Origin: an uncultured Chitinophagaceae bacterium
GTDB lineage: Bacteria > Bacteroidota > Ignavibacteria > UBA10030 > UBA8401
NCBI GenBank assembly: GCA_964409765.1
Contig: CAYPEM010000015.1
Location: 8,713 to 72,712, forward strand
Direction of reading: 5' to 3'
Length of the DNA: 64,000 nt
Shown in pieces: positions 36,760-46,496 of the stretch; positions within the stretch are counted from its first letter, which is position 1, and each line of letters opens with the position of its first letter. The notes under the pieces are model-generated. The model saw nothing but the letters and a program-made list of their open reading frames with translations, made no database searches and was not told the origin of the DNA. The position numbers and the translations under genes are program-made.

Positions 36760-38004
36760 TTACAAATCTCCACGGCCGTAATATGGAGCGCCTTCTTTCC
36801 CTGTATTTACTTTAAGAATTGTTTTTGTTGTAACGCTGTTATCTCGACGCGAGATATATAATTCCGGTCCTGCACCCCAGGCGAAAGAAGTATGTTCTCC
36901 ATTTTTAACAAACAGTCCTGGATAATACTTTTCAATGGTAACTCCATCGGCTTTTACAAGTAAAACACCATCAGGACCATTTGTGCCAACATACATTTCA
37001 CCATTCTTATTGAACGTGATTGCAAAAACATTTGGTCCATTAAAACTATAACCGGGCTGTGCTGAAAGATCAAAATATTTTTGGAATAAACCAAGATTAC
37101 CCGAACCATCAATGGCAGCACGCCACACACCGTTTGTGGAATCGACAAGCCCTCCCAGATACAGATGATCGTTGTAAACCCTGACAGTTTTGATCTTCGC
37201 AGAAGTTTTAAAGAAAAATGTTTTAATTGTTTTATCTGGCGCGATCGAATAGACGCTGTCATCGGTTCCGCCAGTCCAGATATTCATATTCTTATCAAAA
37301 TCTAAATCATAAAAATTTGCACCGGATTTTTGAACGAATAACACCGGACTTGAACCAGGAGCTATCGTATACATCGCTCTTTGGTTTCGGCAGGAATACA
37401 ATATTCCTGAAGGTCCAATTTTCAAACCTGACCAAATATCAACCCCTCCGCGAGGTGCATATGTGCTGGTATCTCCAGCAGGAGTATATTTTCTTATCCC
37501 TATTCCTATACCGCTCGATGCCATTGCGGCATAGAGATTTCCTGTTTTATCACATGCAATTCCATATGCTTCTTCAATTGCCTTTACACCACCAAATTCT
37601 GCTACTGCCGCTTTTAGATCAAAATATTTTTCAGTGCTGAATAATTCTGCTCCTTGAATCGAGACTCTGATTTTTACCGAATCCTTCGAAAAATTCGGCG
37701 CTTTTACCGTTATCTCTGTTACTGTCGCACTGATGTTTTTAGCTCGAACTGCATCAAAGAAAACTATGATCTTACCGGTATCCGTGGAAAAATTATTACC
37801 GGAAATAACAATCGTTGACACTCCAGCAAGTCCGTCTCCGCCTCCAACTACAGCAATGGAATTGATGATCGGAGTTGAACCTGACGGTGCATTTGGATCA
37901 TAAATGGAATCTGCAGGATCATCTGCGCAGCTATGCAGTAACAGCATTGCCACCACGAGTCCGATAGAGTGCAAGAATGATCGAATCTTGTATGTTTGAT
38001 TCAT
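36760..38004 (-). CDS. lipoprotein with IPT/TIG domain and beta-propeller (NHL/YncE-like)
   Basis: 414 aa. Has a lipoprotein-like signal (VVAMLLLHSCADD) and an IPT/TIG-like segment (PIINSIAVVGG...VSTIVISGNNFS...IVFFDAVRAKNISATVTEITVKAP). Propeller blades follow (GIACDKTGNLYAA, GPSGILYS). There is no CTD. Confidence 0.6.
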   Translation of the reverse strand: MNQTYKIRSFLHSIGLVVAMLLLHSCADDPADSIYDPNAPSGSTPIINSIAVVGGGDGLAGVSTIVISGNNFSTDTGKIIVFFDAVRAKNISATVTEITVKAPNFSKDSVKIRVSIQGAELFSTEKYFDLKAAVAEFGGVKAIEEAYGIACDKTGNLYAAMASSGIGIGIRKYTPAGDTSTYAPRGGVDIWSGLKIGPSGILYSCRNQRAMYTIAPGSSPVLFVQKSGANFYDLDFDKNMNIWTGGTDDSVYSIAPDKTIKTFFFKTSAKIKTVRVYNDHLYLGGLVDSTNGVWRAAIDGSGNLGLFQKYFDLSAQPGYSFNGPNVFAITFNKNGEMYVGTNGPDGVLLVKADGVTIEKYYPGLFVKNGEHTSFAWGAGPELYISRRDNSVTTKTILKVNTGKEGAPYYGRGDL

Positions 38005-38029
38005 AATAATAGAGTTCTTTAAGTGAAAT

Positions 38030-39040
38030 TTATAAAGAGAGTTGAATAGATAATCTATTCACGTTACCAAAAATTCCAAATGGAGCATACGCATAATCGA
38101 TTCCGGCTGAGATCCCTTCAACCGTATGCCGGATACCGACTCCGGCTGTAAAACCATTCTCATCATTGTTGAACATATATCCCGTACGGACAGCGACAAG
38201 ATTAAGTAATGTATATTCTGCGCCTATATTAATCTGTTCGGGATAGTCACGGGGATGTGTTGCATCAACAGAAAGAAGCAGCTGATCGGCACCTTTATCA
38301 TCTGTTATGAATTCCATAGCATTCATCGAAATTCCAATCCTAAAAATGAGCGGGAGCTGGAATCCTTCACGCTGGAATTTCACTTCTTTGGAAAAATTCC
38401 GAACGCTCATTGCAAAGTTAAGACTTTTGTATCCGGTGTTATACAACATCCCGAAATCAAACGACAGAACTTCAACTGTATTCGAGGGTCGTTTTGAAGC
38501 ATCAGTGATACCGGCAGTAGTAAGAGGAGTTTTGCCAAGATCCTGATGAACAAAATTGATATTGCCCCCGACCGAAAATCGATCGCTCAATGCTCGAGCA
38601 TACCCGGCACCGACAGAAAATGCCGTCGGGGAAACATCACCAAGTTCACTATAACCGTCCGGCTGTGATGGATCCAATACAGTTCCTTCGATCAATCCAT
38701 AATCGACGGTGTGAAGTGAAAAACCGAGAACACCATAGTCTCCGTTAAAAGGTGCAAAACTGAGACTGGCGTGCTGATGATTGATATCCGCAATCCATTG
38801 GGTCGTGCTGAATGCCACATGAGTAAACGATGTCATTCGGGCCATACCTGCAGGATTATAAAACTGTGCCATGGAATTTCCGGTTACAGATGTAACTGCT
38901 TCTCCCATCGCAACTGCCCGGGGGTCAGCAGATACATTCATAAATTTAAAACCTGTCTGAGCAAGTTTCACATTTTCTTGTGCTGGTGTTATACAAATGC
39001 CAACACCCAATAGAAGCATTGCAGTGATTAGTCTCTTCAT
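38030..39040 (-). CDS. PorV/PorQ-family outer-membrane beta-barrel protein (T9SS-associated)
   Basis: About 336 aa from the ATG at 39040 (MKRLITAMLLLGVGICITPAQE). GFKFMNVSADPRAVAMGEAVTSVTGNSMAQFYNPAGMA matches the PorV/PorQ N-terminal signature (xDARxxAMGxA ... NPA). It has an alternating beta-strand pattern and a C-terminal ...RLSIQLSL. Confidence 0.7.
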   Translation of the reverse strand: MKRLITAMLLLGVGICITPAQENVKLAQTGFKFMNVSADPRAVAMGEAVTSVTGNSMAQFYNPAGMARMTSFTHVAFSTTQWIADINHQHASLSFAPFNGDYGVLGFSLHTVDYGLIEGTVLDPSQPDGYSELGDVSPTAFSVGAGYARALSDRFSVGGNINFVHQDLGKTPLTTAGITDASKRPSNTVEVLSFDFGMLYNTGYKSLNFAMSVRNFSKEVKFQREGFQLPLIFRIGISMNAMEFITDDKGADQLLLSVDATHPRDYPEQINIGAEYTLLNLVAVRTGYMFNNDENGFTAGVGIRHTVEGISAGIDYAYAPFGIFGNVNRLSIQLSL

Positions 39041-39062
39041 AATATTTATGGTCAAAAAAGAA

Positions 39063-41135
39063 TTAACGAATGACAATGAATTTTTTAATTGCTCGCTCAC
39101 CCGCAGGGGATTCGATTACTGCAATGTACACGCCACTGACTATAACTTGTTTTGATGATGTGGTAAGATCGTATTGTTCACTTCCGGTTCCATCATTATG
39201 ATCGATGGTACGGATCAATTCACCTAGTTCTGAATAGATCTTGATCGTACAGAATGCCGGAATATTTTTGAATACTATTTTGTCCTGCTCGCTTGGATAT
39301 AAGAATCCGCCGATATGATAAGGATTGGGGACAATTCGTATGTTACTTGCAACCAATGCTGTTGATGCTAAAAGTTTACGGTACGCTGCATCATATGTTT
39401 GAGTGTAATACCGATTGCTTACCAATGCACCGCTTGTTTGACCCACACCGGTATTCTGCGCGGCATCTCCGACAGCAATAATGTAATAATAGTGTGCAAC
39501 ATCCAAAGCTGCTGAGGTATCAGAGAACGATCGTGCAGATGCATCTCCGGAAAATACTTTATGATATGTACTGTCCGATCTCCCGATTGCACGATAGATT
39601 TCAAATCCTTTTAATGCAGGATCAGCTCCGTACGTTTCCCATGACATTTTGATCGCTCCTGCTCCTGAATTGACATTAAAAATTTTTGGCGGAAGAGGTG
39701 GTTGAGAAATTGTGTATCCGGAATTAAAATTTGCGATCGCTCTGCGAAATGTTTTGAAGAGAGAATCCCTTCCGGTATACACCCATTCATTCTTTGTTTT
39801 TGTAATTCCATTGTACGTAATAGGAGCAGCAGGATTTGCCTTGTAGGCTTTACCAATCTCAATGTTTGCTTCACGCGTCAATCCCGAAGCTCCTTCAGCC
39901 ATCACAATCCGAATTTTTTCGCCTGGCTTCAGAGTATACGGACCATAACCGTTGGCGAATGAAAAACCGCCGCCGCCGCCGTCAGAATTTGCTTGTTCGG
40001 GAAATCCATTGAGTCCAACTTTGTCTGCATGACGCGGAATCATATGTCCTTTGCTCATCCATCCATATTCCGATGTCATTTTTCCGTTGTTATACTGACT
40101 ATTGTCTCGATTGTTTCCAGCATCCGAACCTTCGTACGCTGTCGTTGACGGTTGTGCAATATCATCCGTAGTGTCTGTTGCAGATTTGTCAGCATGAAGA
40201 GTTGCAATACCTACGAACTGTGACCCCCCGAGACGTCCAGTCGTATCGGTTTTATCATAGAACGGAGTCCATATCGGTGCACCGATATTGTCATACCCAG
40301 GAGGGAATGTTCCAAATGATGCCTTTCCATGCCAGGAAATTTGAGCACGAATATCGTTATCAAGATTTCCGGGAAAAAATGTCGTTGCAACACCGGGGTT
40401 TGTAGTATCTCCCCGAGTATCGTTCATCGTATTCAAGCCCCACCCAGTCGGATTAATTCCCACTACATACCGAACATCAGCATTCACTGCTAAACGGTAT
40501 TGGAAATAGAAATAAACCCCTCGAAGCGTGGCGGTGTCACGTTTTACTTCTGCTTTATCAACGATACCAACAACACCGGAATTGGTAAAGGTATAGTCGT
40601 GAATGAAATAATTATCATGGAATTGCTGGCTGAATGCATGGATCTTCCTCTGCATCGTAATGCCAATCGATGTATGTACAATATTATCGATCATACGATC
40701 GGATTTGAGCGCAGGGTCAACTGAATCGTTGGTTACTGCAACAGTATACGAAGGATTTCCATCAACAAAAGTTTGCGGCGGTTCATATTTGCTAATCATT
40801 TTAAAACGCGCAGGGAAGAATTCCCCGTCGCCACGAACTCGAGGTCCAATGTGAACTACTTTATGTGCATATGAACCTTGTTGATCCGTAAAATCCTTTA
40901 CTCCAATCCACATCCCCTTCGCAGCCTGCATGTCCTGATATTGATAAATAGACGGCCACCGAAGCCCATTCTGCTGACCATCCAGTTTTCCCTGACTACC
41001 GAGTGCTAATTCAATTTCACTTCCGGGACTCATATAAAAATTAGTAAGGGAACCAACGTGCAGCCAACGAACTTCTTGACCGAGCAGCGATGTTGTGATC
41101 ACGGCGATTGAAATACAAATAGTAATTAATCTCAT
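39063..41135 (-). CDS. secreted protein of unknown function with FN3-like domain and T9SS CTD (VPNPY variant)
   Basis: About 690 aa from the ATG at 41135 (the track TTG start is at 41156), with a signal peptide. I recognise no catalytic motif. FN3-like segment: PPKIFNVNSGAGAIKMSWETYGADPALKGFEIYRA. The C-terminus is IRIVPNPYHIGG ... TIKIYSELGELIRTI ... SGVYIAVIESPAGERAIKKFIVIR. Confidence 0.6.
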   Translation of the reverse strand: MRLITICISIAVITTSLLGQEVRWLHVGSLTNFYMSPGSEIELALGSQGKLDGQQNGLRWPSIYQYQDMQAAKGMWIGVKDFTDQQGSYAHKVVHIGPRVRGDGEFFPARFKMISKYEPPQTFVDGNPSYTVAVTNDSVDPALKSDRMIDNIVHTSIGITMQRKIHAFSQQFHDNYFIHDYTFTNSGVVGIVDKAEVKRDTATLRGVYFYFQYRLAVNADVRYVVGINPTGWGLNTMNDTRGDTTNPGVATTFFPGNLDNDIRAQISWHGKASFGTFPPGYDNIGAPIWTPFYDKTDTTGRLGGSQFVGIATLHADKSATDTTDDIAQPSTTAYEGSDAGNNRDNSQYNNGKMTSEYGWMSKGHMIPRHADKVGLNGFPEQANSDGGGGGFSFANGYGPYTLKPGEKIRIVMAEGASGLTREANIEIGKAYKANPAAPITYNGITKTKNEWVYTGRDSLFKTFRRAIANFNSGYTISQPPLPPKIFNVNSGAGAIKMSWETYGADPALKGFEIYRAIGRSDSTYHKVFSGDASARSFSDTSAALDVAHYYYIIAVGDAAQNTGVGQTSGALVSNRYYTQTYDAAYRKLLASTALVASNIRIVPNPYHIGGFLYPSEQDKIVFKNIPAFCTIKIYSELGELIRTIDHNDGTGSEQYDLTTSSKQVIVSGVYIAVIESPAGERAIKKFIVIR

Positions 41136-41166
41136 AGTTTCTTCAAGCTTGAACAACAGTGAATAA

Positions 41167-44100
41167 TTATAGTTCTACTGAAAGTTTGATTCCGAAAAAT
41201 ATTGCCCGTGGATTAAGGAATACAAAATAATCCATGTTCGGCATGTCGATGTATGCTTTATCTTCAAGTACTTTGTCTAATTTCGATTGGTCGGCTTCAA
41301 CCCAAGCACTTCCATTGTACTGCATATATTTTTTTGTTGTCTGATCATAATAAAATGCCGTTGTTGAAGGACTGGCTTCGCTGCTCAAAGATTTTGTTGA
41401 AACAATAGGAATATATGCTGCACCTTCTTTTCGGACATCTCCCGGCGCATCATCTCCGGGAACATTTCCATATTGAAGCGGATCACCGATATCTGCAGGG
41501 AGATGGAGTGATTTCATGTATGCTTCAAAATCTTTTGTATCAACAAATCCATATCCGGAAAAGTTTTTAATGTTCAACGCATTATTCATATCAACAAAAA
41601 GCTGGATGTTTGCAGGACCGAAGTCAATTGATTTGCTGAATCGCAGATCCATGCCCCAGGTATCCCTGTACTGAACATTATTTTCCAATCCTTGTATCGC
41701 ATTTCCTCCGCCTCCAGCCCAAGTAATATATTTTCCGGCCGTCCAATTACCCGTAAGATTCAATCTCCAATCGCCAAGATATACACCATATTCTTTCGGC
41801 GTAAAAACATCAACATTCAATCGAGCATATGGTGAAGGAACCGGTTTAGTTTGATACAGATCTGTTTCACGATTTGTAATTTCGTATGAACGCTGAAGTC
41901 CTGAGCTTTCGTATAATTTTGCATAACCAAATCGACCAACAGTTCTTACCATATACGTATAATTCAAAAATCCTGTATACCACTCTCCTCGGTTTTTTGA
42001 TAAGGTTAATTCGAAACCACGAATATCCTCGTAAGAATTTGGAACTGAAAGGAAATATGCAACATCATTACTACGGCTGACATATTCTATAGTATTTATT
42101 TGATCTGACACATCTTTATAATATCCTGCAACCCGGATCAAAAATTGTTCGAACAAACTATGTTCATATCCTAACTCGTACGCTACTGTTTTGGGGAGCG
42201 GGTTATTTGGATTTGCCAATCGGGTTACTTTATTATCAAACCCGCTTCTTCGAACAAGGAAAAGATTTTCCGGTGTCGGCATTGAATAAAAATGGCCATA
42301 ATTAAAATAAAGTTTGGAATATTCTGTTACCGGAAAAGAGACGCCTAACCGAGGACTAAAAGTTGTTTGGTTTTCGGTATTCACATGTGTCAGCAGTGTA
42401 TCAAGACCCGGTGCTAAAGGACCGGAAAGTGCCTTATCGAACGTTAGAAAATCATACCAGTATCCACCAGGTGCGCTATGGTCCATGCGAAAACCAATAT
42501 TAGCGATCATTCCTTCGTATTCAAATTTATCCTGAATATACAAACCTAAACGTGTTGGATATGTATGCCAAACCGATCGCTGATTGCTTGTCGGTAAACC
42601 TTTGTCATATTGTCCATAGTTTACATTGTTGTCTGTATAGACAAATTCAAAGCCTGATTTCACCTGATGATATTGATTGAGTTGAGCAGTAAAGTCAATT
42701 TTTGACGTGAATGTTGTTACCGTACTTGTATCACGCGAATTGCTGAAACCTAGGCCAAATCGTATTCCTCCATAACCGGTGGTTGGATTCGGGTCTGGAG
42801 TAAAACCAAATGGAGCTTCATCGACATAATAATTGTTCCCAAATTTATAGATCTGCGCCATGTTCCTGTTTGTTCCCGGACTTGTATTGTATTTTGTCCC
42901 AACTTGGTTTAGGCTCGCTTCATAAAAAACAGCCGGTGAGAGAACATGCGTAAATTTTGCGCCATAACTATTTGTTTTGATGACGCTCGGTGCCCAATAA
43001 TCTGTCGCATAAATGCGGGTATCGATATAACTTACTCTATCGAGAACTGACGCAATATCTCCTGCTGTTTTAAATATCCCAGGGTTTCCGGCATTATTAT
43101 TATTCGTACCGGTTTGTTCACCCATGAGTCCCTGTACCATCAGTTTCATTCCCTGACCGATATCAGAAGTAAACTTGATTTGACCTGTATAATCATTATA
43201 TCCGTCTTCCGACAGCGGCAAAAGATACATCGTACGTTGACTTCGATATGAAGCAAAAAATCTTAGATTTCCTAAATACTCTCCGAATGGAACCGGTCCG
43301 CCAACACCGGCATCAATATCATAGTCAGGTTTTGTAATATCACCTTGTTTCCGATGTTGAAATAAAAATAATCGTTGTGCGGCTTCGGGAGTTAGATCAT
43401 TCGTTGGATCATTATCTTTCAATGATGCTTGGGATATAGCATTCCAGCCATCAAACTCCTGATATTGAGCTTGAACGAATTTATCCCATGTACCATTTTT
43501 CGTTCCAACCCAGGCAACTTCTGGATCGATGAATGGTCTAATCCAATACGAATCTTTATTGTAAACCGAAGGACCGAAATGTTTTTGAGTTGCAGGATGA
43601 TATCGGGCAGTAGCACTGACGGAATATTTTTCCGTCGAACCTTCTTTTTGTACAACATTAACAACTCCGGATCGGATATTTCCATATTCAGCATTAAATC
43701 CGCCGGTTTGCACCTGTACATCTTGAACAGAACTGAGACTAATTGAAGTGATGGGAGTATTATTGCGTTCATCGCGCAGCGTCATTCCGTCGATCATAAA
43801 TGCCGTTTGATCTGCATTATCAGAACCACGAATCACAAATCCCGCTTGAATTCCGGCTTGTAATCCGACAACGGCACTGATACTTGTCACCGGAAGTTTT
43901 TGAATTTCATCATTGGTAATATTCGCGGAACTGGAAGAGACATCTTTTTGAACTACCGGCCGGGTCGCAACCACAACAACTTCTTCACCCTGAACAACTT
44001 CTTGATTGAGAGAAAAATTCAATTCGGTGGTTTGATCGATACTTACCCGAACTTTTGTCTGAGTTACAGCTGCAAATCCGAGAGATGAAGCCCGCACCGA

Positions 44101-44310
44101 ATATTCACCCGGAGGAACGTTGAGAATAAAGAAATTTCCTTCTATATCGGAGGATGCTCCGTAGGTTGTTCCTGTTACGGTGATGTTCACACCAACAAGT
44201 GCTTCACCAGATTGTGCATCCTTGACCTTACCGGATATTTTTCCAGACGTTCCGGAAAGCGCTAGTGAAGTGAACAGTAGAAATATACAGAGAGTAGCAA
44301 ATGATTTCAC
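41167..44310 (-). CDS. TonB-dependent receptor with N-terminal carboxypeptidase-regulatory-like domain (Oar-like)
   Basis: 1047 aa with a GTG start and AGGAGA RBS. CarboxypepD_reg-like segment: GKISGKVKDAQSGEALVGVNITVTGTTYGASSDIEGNFFILNVPPGEYSVRAS. Plug domain: IQKLPVTSISAVVGLQAGI...FMIDGMTLRD...VQVQTGGFNAEYGNIRSGVVNVV. A very large barrel follows. Confidence 0.85.
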   Translation of the reverse strand: MKSFATLCIFLLFTSLALSGTSGKISGKVKDAQSGEALVGVNITVTGTTYGASSDIEGNFFILNVPPGEYSVRASSLGFAAVTQTKVRVSIDQTTELNFSLNQEVVQGEEVVVVATRPVVQKDVSSSSANITNDEIQKLPVTSISAVVGLQAGIQAGFVIRGSDNADQTAFMIDGMTLRDERNNTPITSISLSSVQDVQVQTGGFNAEYGNIRSGVVNVVQKEGSTEKYSVSATARYHPATQKHFGPSVYNKDSYWIRPFIDPEVAWVGTKNGTWDKFVQAQYQEFDGWNAISQASLKDNDPTNDLTPEAAQRLFLFQHRKQGDITKPDYDIDAGVGGPVPFGEYLGNLRFFASYRSQRTMYLLPLSEDGYNDYTGQIKFTSDIGQGMKLMVQGLMGEQTGTNNNNAGNPGIFKTAGDIASVLDRVSYIDTRIYATDYWAPSVIKTNSYGAKFTHVLSPAVFYEASLNQVGTKYNTSPGTNRNMAQIYKFGNNYYVDEAPFGFTPDPNPTTGYGGIRFGLGFSNSRDTSTVTTFTSKIDFTAQLNQYHQVKSGFEFVYTDNNVNYGQYDKGLPTSNQRSVWHTYPTRLGLYIQDKFEYEGMIANIGFRMDHSAPGGYWYDFLTFDKALSGPLAPGLDTLLTHVNTENQTTFSPRLGVSFPVTEYSKLYFNYGHFYSMPTPENLFLVRRSGFDNKVTRLANPNNPLPKTVAYELGYEHSLFEQFLIRVAGYYKDVSDQINTIEYVSRSNDVAYFLSVPNSYEDIRGFELTLSKNRGEWYTGFLNYTYMVRTVGRFGYAKLYESSGLQRSYEITNRETDLYQTKPVPSPYARLNVDVFTPKEYGVYLGDWRLNLTGNWTAGKYITWAGGGGNAIQGLENNVQYRDTWGMDLRFSKSIDFGPANIQLFVDMNNALNIKNFSGYGFVDTKDFEAYMKSLHLPADIGDPLQYGNVPGDDAPGDVRKEGAAYIPIVSTKSLSSEASPSTTAFYYDQTTKKYMQYNGSAWVEADQSKLDKVLEDKAYIDMPNMDYFVFLNPRAIFFGIKLSVEL

Positions 44311-44606
44311 AGACTCATCTCCTGATAGAAAAAGGAAAATTTAAAATACGAATCTAATTTTTTTTGGCGAGCAGTTCATATAGACAAAAGAGATTTTTTA
44401 CCAGCAGCACTGTATCGATGGGATATTTTCTACCGCAATGTTAAGAAAAATTTGACAAATAAAGCAACTTTTAAATAACTATGCACAAAGTAAATAATTA
44501 TACACGTTTTTACAATTGCCTCATTACAGCGGATTTTCGCTTGTTTTTAACGGTGCAGACAATATTAAAACCGAAACTCAACATTCAATTCTCGAATTCG
44601 ATTGTA

Positions 44607-46394
44607 TTATTTCTGTAACACCATTTTTTTCGATTGCACAAATCCTCCTGAAACGATCCGATAGATATACACACCACTGGCAAGATTTGCTCCGGAGAAT
44701 TGATACGAATGGGTCCCTTCTTTCAATTCACCATCAACAACTGTTGCGATTTCTCTGCCTAACAGGTCGTAAATTTTTAACGATGTGTACAAACTGTTCT
44801 GCAAAGTAAACTGAATAGTTGTGACCGGATTGAATGGATTGGGATAATTCTGTTCAAGCGCAAAAGTGAATGGTGACAGAGCCTCTTCTTCTACACCTGT
44901 TACCACAAGATTGATCTTCGCAGTTGCTTCGCTTTCATTGTGTAATCTGTCGAATGCCGTCACCAGGTACGAGTATGATGTTCCGTTGACAACAGCATTA
45001 TCAACAAATCGGGTCGTATCATTCGTTGTAATTTTGATGATCTGTTTTATATTGTTGATATCAATTGTATCAGGCGACTGCGCACGATAAATTGCAAAAT
45101 ATTTGACACTATCATTGTCTGATGCGGTCCCCGGCTTTTGCCATTGCAATTGTACTGTATTATTGACAACTGTTGAAATTAGATTGACGGGAGCCAGAGG
45201 TGCAACGTTATCCAACCATGGCATTGTTGGATGCAGAGCAGTATACTTGAATTGATTTGCGCGGAGGGAATCTTGAACTCCTTTTAAATTTCCGGTCACT
45301 GATTTTGAACTGAATGCGACAAAACCCTCTGCACGATTCTTTATTCTGTTGGAATCAATTTGTCTCTGAATTTCCGACGCCGGCCAGTTACTTTCTGATG
45401 CTGATAAACGATACACTGCATTTCCGCTATAAAGATGTCGCTGGTAAAATTTTGTATAGGCAGACCACCACGGCATCAGAACGGCATAATTTTGAGCTGA
45501 ACTAAATGCCCAATACATTTGCGGTGTAAGATAATCCAACTTCTTATTTGAAAGCCAGTTTAACGGATCGCAATAGATTACGCTGTATGCATCAAGTCCC
45601 GGAACCGGTGTTCCGCTTTTCCAAATTCCAAACGGACTGATGCCAAATTTAACCCACGGTTTTACGGTTTTAATACTGTCATGCACCCGTGCAATAAATG
45701 TATTCACATTATTTCTGCGCCAGTCTGCAATATTATTGAATGATCCTTTATACGCAGAATAGGTGGCACTATCTTGAGTGGTCATTCCGCCATACGGATA
45801 AAAGTAATCATCAAAATGAACACCGTCAATATTGTATCGACGTACAACATCCATAATCACACTTAACGAATAATTTTGAACTGCTGGAATTCCGGGATCA
45901 AGAAGTTTATACGGACTTGCGCCGTAGGTGATATTCCAGGAGGGCTGCGTCTTTGAAATATGAGATGCATGGACACTGCTTCCCGAACCAACAACGGAAC
46001 GGTACGGATTGAACCAGCAATGTAATTCCATTCCTCGTTTATGTGCTTCATCGATCCAGAATTGAAGCGGATCATAATATGAACTTAAATTTCCTCCCTG
46101 CACTCCAACCAGCCATTCAGAAAGAGGCTCAAGTCCACCTTGATAAAATGCATCACACGACGGCCGAACCTGGAACAGGATGGCGTTGATATTGCTTTGT
46201 TTATGCTTATCAAGGATTGCAATTGCTTCTGCTTTTTGAGCGGACGCAGTTAAACTCTTGCTGGAAGGCCAATCGATATTCGAAACTGTTGCAACCCATG
46301 CGGCGCGAAATTCTCGCTTCGGCGGTTGAATTTGAGCATAGAATAGTGTCGTGAAAACAAGAGAGAGAGAAATAATTATATAGATTTTTTTCAT
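44607..46394 (-). CDS. glycoside hydrolase-like family 10 (GHL10/DUF187) protein with FN3-like domain and T9SS CTD
   Basis: About 595 aa from the ATG at 46394 (MKKIYIIISLSLVF). REFRAAWVATVSNIDWPS and HCWFNPY are typical of GHL10/YngK-like TIM barrels. FN3-like segment: PLAPVNLISTVVNNTVQLQWQKP...YFAIYRA. The CTD is EQNYPNPFNPVTTIQFTL ... SGVYIYRIVSGGFVQSKKMVLQK. Confidence 0.75.
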   Translation of the reverse strand: MKKIYIIISLSLVFTTLFYAQIQPPKREFRAAWVATVSNIDWPSSKSLTASAQKAEAIAILDKHKQSNINAILFQVRPSCDAFYQGGLEPLSEWLVGVQGGNLSSYYDPLQFWIDEAHKRGMELHCWFNPYRSVVGSGSSVHASHISKTQPSWNITYGASPYKLLDPGIPAVQNYSLSVIMDVVRRYNIDGVHFDDYFYPYGGMTTQDSATYSAYKGSFNNIADWRRNNVNTFIARVHDSIKTVKPWVKFGISPFGIWKSGTPVPGLDAYSVIYCDPLNWLSNKKLDYLTPQMYWAFSSAQNYAVLMPWWSAYTKFYQRHLYSGNAVYRLSASESNWPASEIQRQIDSNRIKNRAEGFVAFSSKSVTGNLKGVQDSLRANQFKYTALHPTMPWLDNVAPLAPVNLISTVVNNTVQLQWQKPGTASDNDSVKYFAIYRAQSPDTIDINNIKQIIKITTNDTTRFVDNAVVNGTSYSYLVTAFDRLHNESEATAKINLVVTGVEEEALSPFTFALEQNYPNPFNPVTTIQFTLQNSLYTSLKIYDLLGREIATVVDGELKEGTHSYQFSGANLASGVYIYRIVSGGFVQSKKMVLQK

Positions 46395-46496
46395 CAAATT
46401 TTCTGAGAAGTGATCGTGATCGGTGAACTTACTGAGGAAATGTACGGGATAAAGAATGACAATGCAATACAAAGTCGTAACACGTAAACTAAACAA

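Noticed and set aside
37227-37640. 137-aa plus-strand ORF
   Set aside because: It is antisense to the IPT/propeller lipoprotein gene and is a low-complexity shadow frame.
39041-39100. Longer start for the PorV/PorQ-like ORF (39100), overlapping the upstream gene by 38 nt
   Set aside because: The ATG at 39040 gives a typical signal peptide (MKRLITAMLLLG) and removes the overlap.
44516-44809. 97-aa plus-strand ORF spanning the intergenic region and the GHL10 gene 3' end
   Set aside because: Two thirds of it is antisense to a CTD-coding region, and it has no RBS.
46395-46496. N-terminal extension of the GHL10 ORF (track start 46496)
   Set aside because: The extension (MFSLRVTTLYCIVILYPVHFLSKF...) precedes a canonical signal peptide that starts at the ATG at 46394. 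It also overlaps the intergenic hairpin at 46497-46539.
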